A DNA stretch of 24,000 nt, from NCBI RefSeq assembly GCF_002934005.1, contig NZ_PGEM01000095.1, positions 1,137 through 25,136 on the forward strand. Reading direction: 5' to 3'. The position numbers and the translations under genes are program-made. Shown piece by piece: positions 17,055 to 24,000 of this stretch. The notes beneath the pieces are model-generated. The model was not told the origin of the DNA and did no database searches. It saw nothing but the letters and a program-made list of their open reading frames with translations. Numbering within the stretch: position 1 is the first letter of the stretch; the number at the start of each line of letters is the position of its first letter. This DNA is from Cuspidothrix issatschenkoi CHARLIE-1. Lineage in GTDB: Bacteria; Cyanobacteriota; Cyanobacteriia; Cyanobacteriales; Nostocaceae.

Positions 17055-17584
17055 TAATCCTCCTGATAGGCTCTTGCCCAAAAATTCCAATGGTTAGCTA
17101 ATAACAAAGATTTCCGCCAAGTCAACATATATTCTTGAGGCCGGTTTCTAGTCATCTCTACTATTTGTGTCATTAATTCTTCTTTATTAGGTAGTTGATT
17201 TTTATCTACCGCTACCATCTGACCTAGTAATGATTCCCACACTGGTACAGTACGTTTTCGCACCTCATTATTATCCTGAGCATTTGCTTGATTCAGATAT
17301 CCAACCGCAGACAGTAGACCAAAAACTCTTAAATGTTGAGACAATCTTAAAACAGCAGTTAAATCATTTTTATCTAACTTCTGTTTGTTGTATATTTTCA
17401 AATACTTTTGAATATGTTCGTGAGCAGATAAACTCATTTGTTCTGGTAAAACTAGAGAGGAGTTATTATCGCTCCTAACAGTTTCGACCTTCACATTTTC
17501 AGAAAGACTTGGAGGTTTTGCTGTAATACTTGATTCCGGTTTTGGAGGATTAGATTTAGGTGGATACTTCTTATTTTTAGACAT
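17054..17584 (-). CDS. cmr5: Type III-B small subunit Cmr5-like, with a Pro/Ser/Lys-rich N-terminal extension
   Basis: ATG start. It sits between cmr4 and cmr6. It is an all-helical small protein with LRLSQHLRVFGLLSAVGYLNQ, resembling the Cmr5 core helix. The call rests on position plus weak motif similarity. Confidence 0.6.
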   Translation of the reverse strand: MSKNKKYPPKSNPPKPESSITAKPPSLSENVKVETVRSDNNSSLVLPEQMSLSAHEHIQKYLKIYNKQKLDKNDLTAVLRLSQHLRVFGLLSAVGYLNQANAQDNNEVRKRTVPVWESLLGQMVAVDKNQLPNKEELMTQIVEMTRNRPQEYMLTWRKSLLLANHWNFWARAYQED

Positions 17585-17598
17585 AATTTTATATTCCT

Positions 17599-22641
<5,043 letters not shown>

Positions 22642-22898
22642 CGGTGATTCCCCTGTGTAGCCGATATTTATATTGTAATGACGGGATTTAGTATTTGTCT
22701 ATTGATTGACAATATTTAATTTTCAATATAAATCACCTTGAAATCCTTTGTGTATCAGGCTTTGAGGTGTTTATTTAGTTTTATCAAGAATATTGTTTAT
22801 TTTTTGACATTAATTGCAAATTATGTATTTTTATGCCGCTTTGTTGATACTCGGATGTTATTAGGTAGAGGTTCACAGTGCTAAACCCCTACGGTAAT

Positions 22899-23096
22899 TG
22901 GTTATGTAGTTAATATCCCCAGCGAGTGGGAACCCAACGTAACACAGGCATCTTGCCTGTAAATCCTAAGTTTCCATTCAATTAATATGACATTTGCGAT
23001 CATTAATGAAGATCCCGGACTTCTTAGAGAAGTCCGGGATCTGTGGTTTTCATTCAATACGTTTCCATTCAATTAATATCCCCAGCGAGTGGGGAC
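22899..23096 (-). CRISPR. Decayed CRISPR mini-array: one intact 36-nt repeat, one 3'-half repeat, one degenerate terminal repeat
   Basis: On the minus strand the intact repeat GTCCCCACTCGCTGGGGATATTAATTGAATGGAAAC spans 23096-23061. It has a CCCCA/TGGGG stem and a GGAAAC end typical of type III/Cas6 repeats. The 3' half ATATTAATTGAATGGAAAC recurs at 22988-22970. A degenerate copy GTTCCCACTCGCTGGGGATATTAACTACATAACCA lies at 22933-22899. The orientation matches the cas genes, about 260 bp upstream of cas10. Confidence 0.55.
23011..23041. repeat. Perfect 13-bp-stem palindromic hairpin element (GATCCCGGACTTC-TTAGA-GAAGTCCGGGATC) inside the array remnant
   Basis: The palindrome is read directly from the sequence. 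This sequence type resembles small hairpin repeats common in Nostocales genomes. It occupies the 72-nt interval where a ~36-nt spacer plus the missing 5' half of a repeat would be expected. Confidence 0.7.
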
Positions 23097-23229
23097 ACTA
23101 TACTAACAGAGACATCTTGCCCACCGAGGGGAGAGGCAACCCCTTTTTCTCAGAATCCCTATAGAGTCCATAATAAGACTTAGAGACACAAGAATAGACT
23201 TATGATGACACTTAAAGTCTTTCATGAGA

Positions 23230-24000
23230 CTAGAATCGACGCACACCGGAAGTGCAATTGCTGTCAGGGATGACTTGGGAGGGAACCCGGGTAAAGGTGG
23301 TACAAACTGCGGGATTCGGACCAAATGCTCTTTGGAAGGTGTAGGCGGCACAGGGACGGGATTCTGTTCCCGATGACGTAAATCGAGCGGGATCACTACA
23401 AGCCAGTTGGCATCCACTTTCATTAAAGGGTACCTCGGACGGCCAATATGGGTAGCGGTAGGGATCGCCACCCATATTATTAAGGATGGCATCTGCCGCA
23501 CCATCAAAACGCCCCGGAATGGAATCATAGCCCCTTGAAGTTTGGGCGGGGGATACGGGGTCTGTCGAACCAATAACCCCTGAAACACAGCATGGGTTCG
23601 GTGTTTCCGGAGGAGCTGGGGTTTTAAGGTAACATACGGGTTGGGGACCCTGGTAACCCGCCCTTACGAAGGTATAAGCCCGACAGCGACCCCGATCACT
23701 TAAACAAGCCAATGCACAATCACGGGGAGTCGTGGCGGGGGAGATGACACGATAGTCACTGCCATAGCGGTCTACCCCGTCAACCTGACTAATTGGAGGT
23801 AATCGATAGGATGGGTCTAATAAAATATTCGGGTCAATCCTATCCGGAATCAATGGATTAATCTGGCTAATGGGAAGGGACTTCTTTTCAAGTAACCCAG
23901 TTGTGCGGCTTCCCCCGCCTTCGGCTTGGGATGGTTGTGCCAGTGAGGGGACTAGCATTAAACCCACCATTAATAATGGGGCGATCGCGATTCGTACCAT
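23230..24000 (-). CDS. Secreted protein with two PAN/Apple-like Cys-patterned modules; start codon at the last three bases of the window
   Basis: The ATG is at 23998-24000 and the ORF may extend beyond the window. Signal-peptide-like N-terminus: MVRIAIAPLLMVGLMLVPSLAQPSQA. Two modules have a C..AC....C.AYTF......C pattern: RDCALACLSDRGRCRAYTFVRAG...PVCYLK and SGCQLACSD...RPCAAYTFQRAFGPNPAVCTTF. The gene is markedly GC-richer than its neighbours. Confidence 0.7.
   Translation of the reverse strand: MVRIAIAPLLMVGLMLVPSLAQPSQAEGGGSRTTGLLEKKSLPISQINPLIPDRIDPNILLDPSYRLPPISQVDGVDRYGSDYRVISPATTPRDCALACLSDRGRCRAYTFVRAGYQGPQPVCYLKTPAPPETPNPCCVSGVIGSTDPVSPAQTSRGYDSIPGRFDGAADAILNNMGGDPYRYPYWPSEVPFNESGCQLACSDPARFTSSGTESRPCAAYTFQRAFGPNPAVCTTFTRVPSQVIPDSNCTSGVRRF

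Noticed and set aside
10310-17090. Longer N-terminal extensions given in the ORF track for three genes (starts at 10406, 10821, 17090)
   Set aside because: All three begin with TTG and overlap the upstream gene by 26-77 nt. In each case an in-frame ATG just after the upstream stop (10310, 10791, and 17054 with an AGGAGG site) gives a better gene model.
22899-23096. Treating the region as a functional CRISPR array with two genuine spacers
   Set aside because: Only one repeat is intact. One spacer interval is 72 nt and holds a palindromic repeat element. The other is homologous to the sequence flanking the intact repeat and contains a common genomic hairpin. It is reported as a decayed remnant.
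23121-23150. GGGG-N8-CCCC hairpin followed by TTTTT as a terminator
   Set aside because: The T-run is on the plus strand, where no upstream plus-strand gene exists. On the minus strand, downstream of the PAN gene, no U-run follows. The stem is only 4-5 bp.
23103-23588. 161-aa minus-strand ORF overlapping the PAN-domain gene in another frame
   Set aside because: It is an out-of-frame shadow of a GC-rich gene. It has a Pro/Arg-rich composition and no recognisable features.

Overview
This is an AT-rich cyanobacterial, Nostocales-like segment. It has 8 copies of the HIP1 palindrome GCGATCGC (well under 1 expected by chance in 24 kb), a psbA gene, and typical small dispersed hairpin repeats. Left to right on the plus strand: the 3' end of a restriction-modification-type gene, a direct-repeat element, and a Uma2-family endonuclease with a 21-bp tandem repeat. 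An isochorismatase-like hydrolase and a small ORF follow on the minus strand. Next come a 1014-aa membrane protein (four N-terminal repeat modules, one TM segment, C-terminal SGNH/DUF1574-like domain) paired with an MBOAT O-acyltransferase, a GC-rich non-coding block closed by a long-range helix, and psbA (E130, D1:2-type) with a terminator. The main accessory content is one co-oriented minus-strand block from 9.6 to 23.1 kb. It starts with a decayed CRISPR mini-array, followed by a type III-B effector operon: cas10/cmr2 (HD and GGDD motifs present), cmr3, cmr4, cmr5, and a fused cmr6::cmr1 gene. Two tandem paralogous CARF-HEPN (RNxxxH) genes come next. After an 83-bp gap lies a MotA/ExbB-type proton-channel protein with a long coiled-coil tail and two ExbD/TolR-like single-pass proteins. 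No cas6, cas1 or cas2 is present in the window. The right edge carries a compositionally distinct (about 52% GC) secreted tandem PAN/Apple-like protein gene. The best candidate for something undescribed is a possible functional link between the type III-B/CARF-HEPN signalling module and the MotA/ExbB-ExbD-like membrane cluster. The alternative, a housekeeping cyanobacterial exbB-exbD paralog cluster that is adjacent by chance, cannot be excluded from sequence alone.
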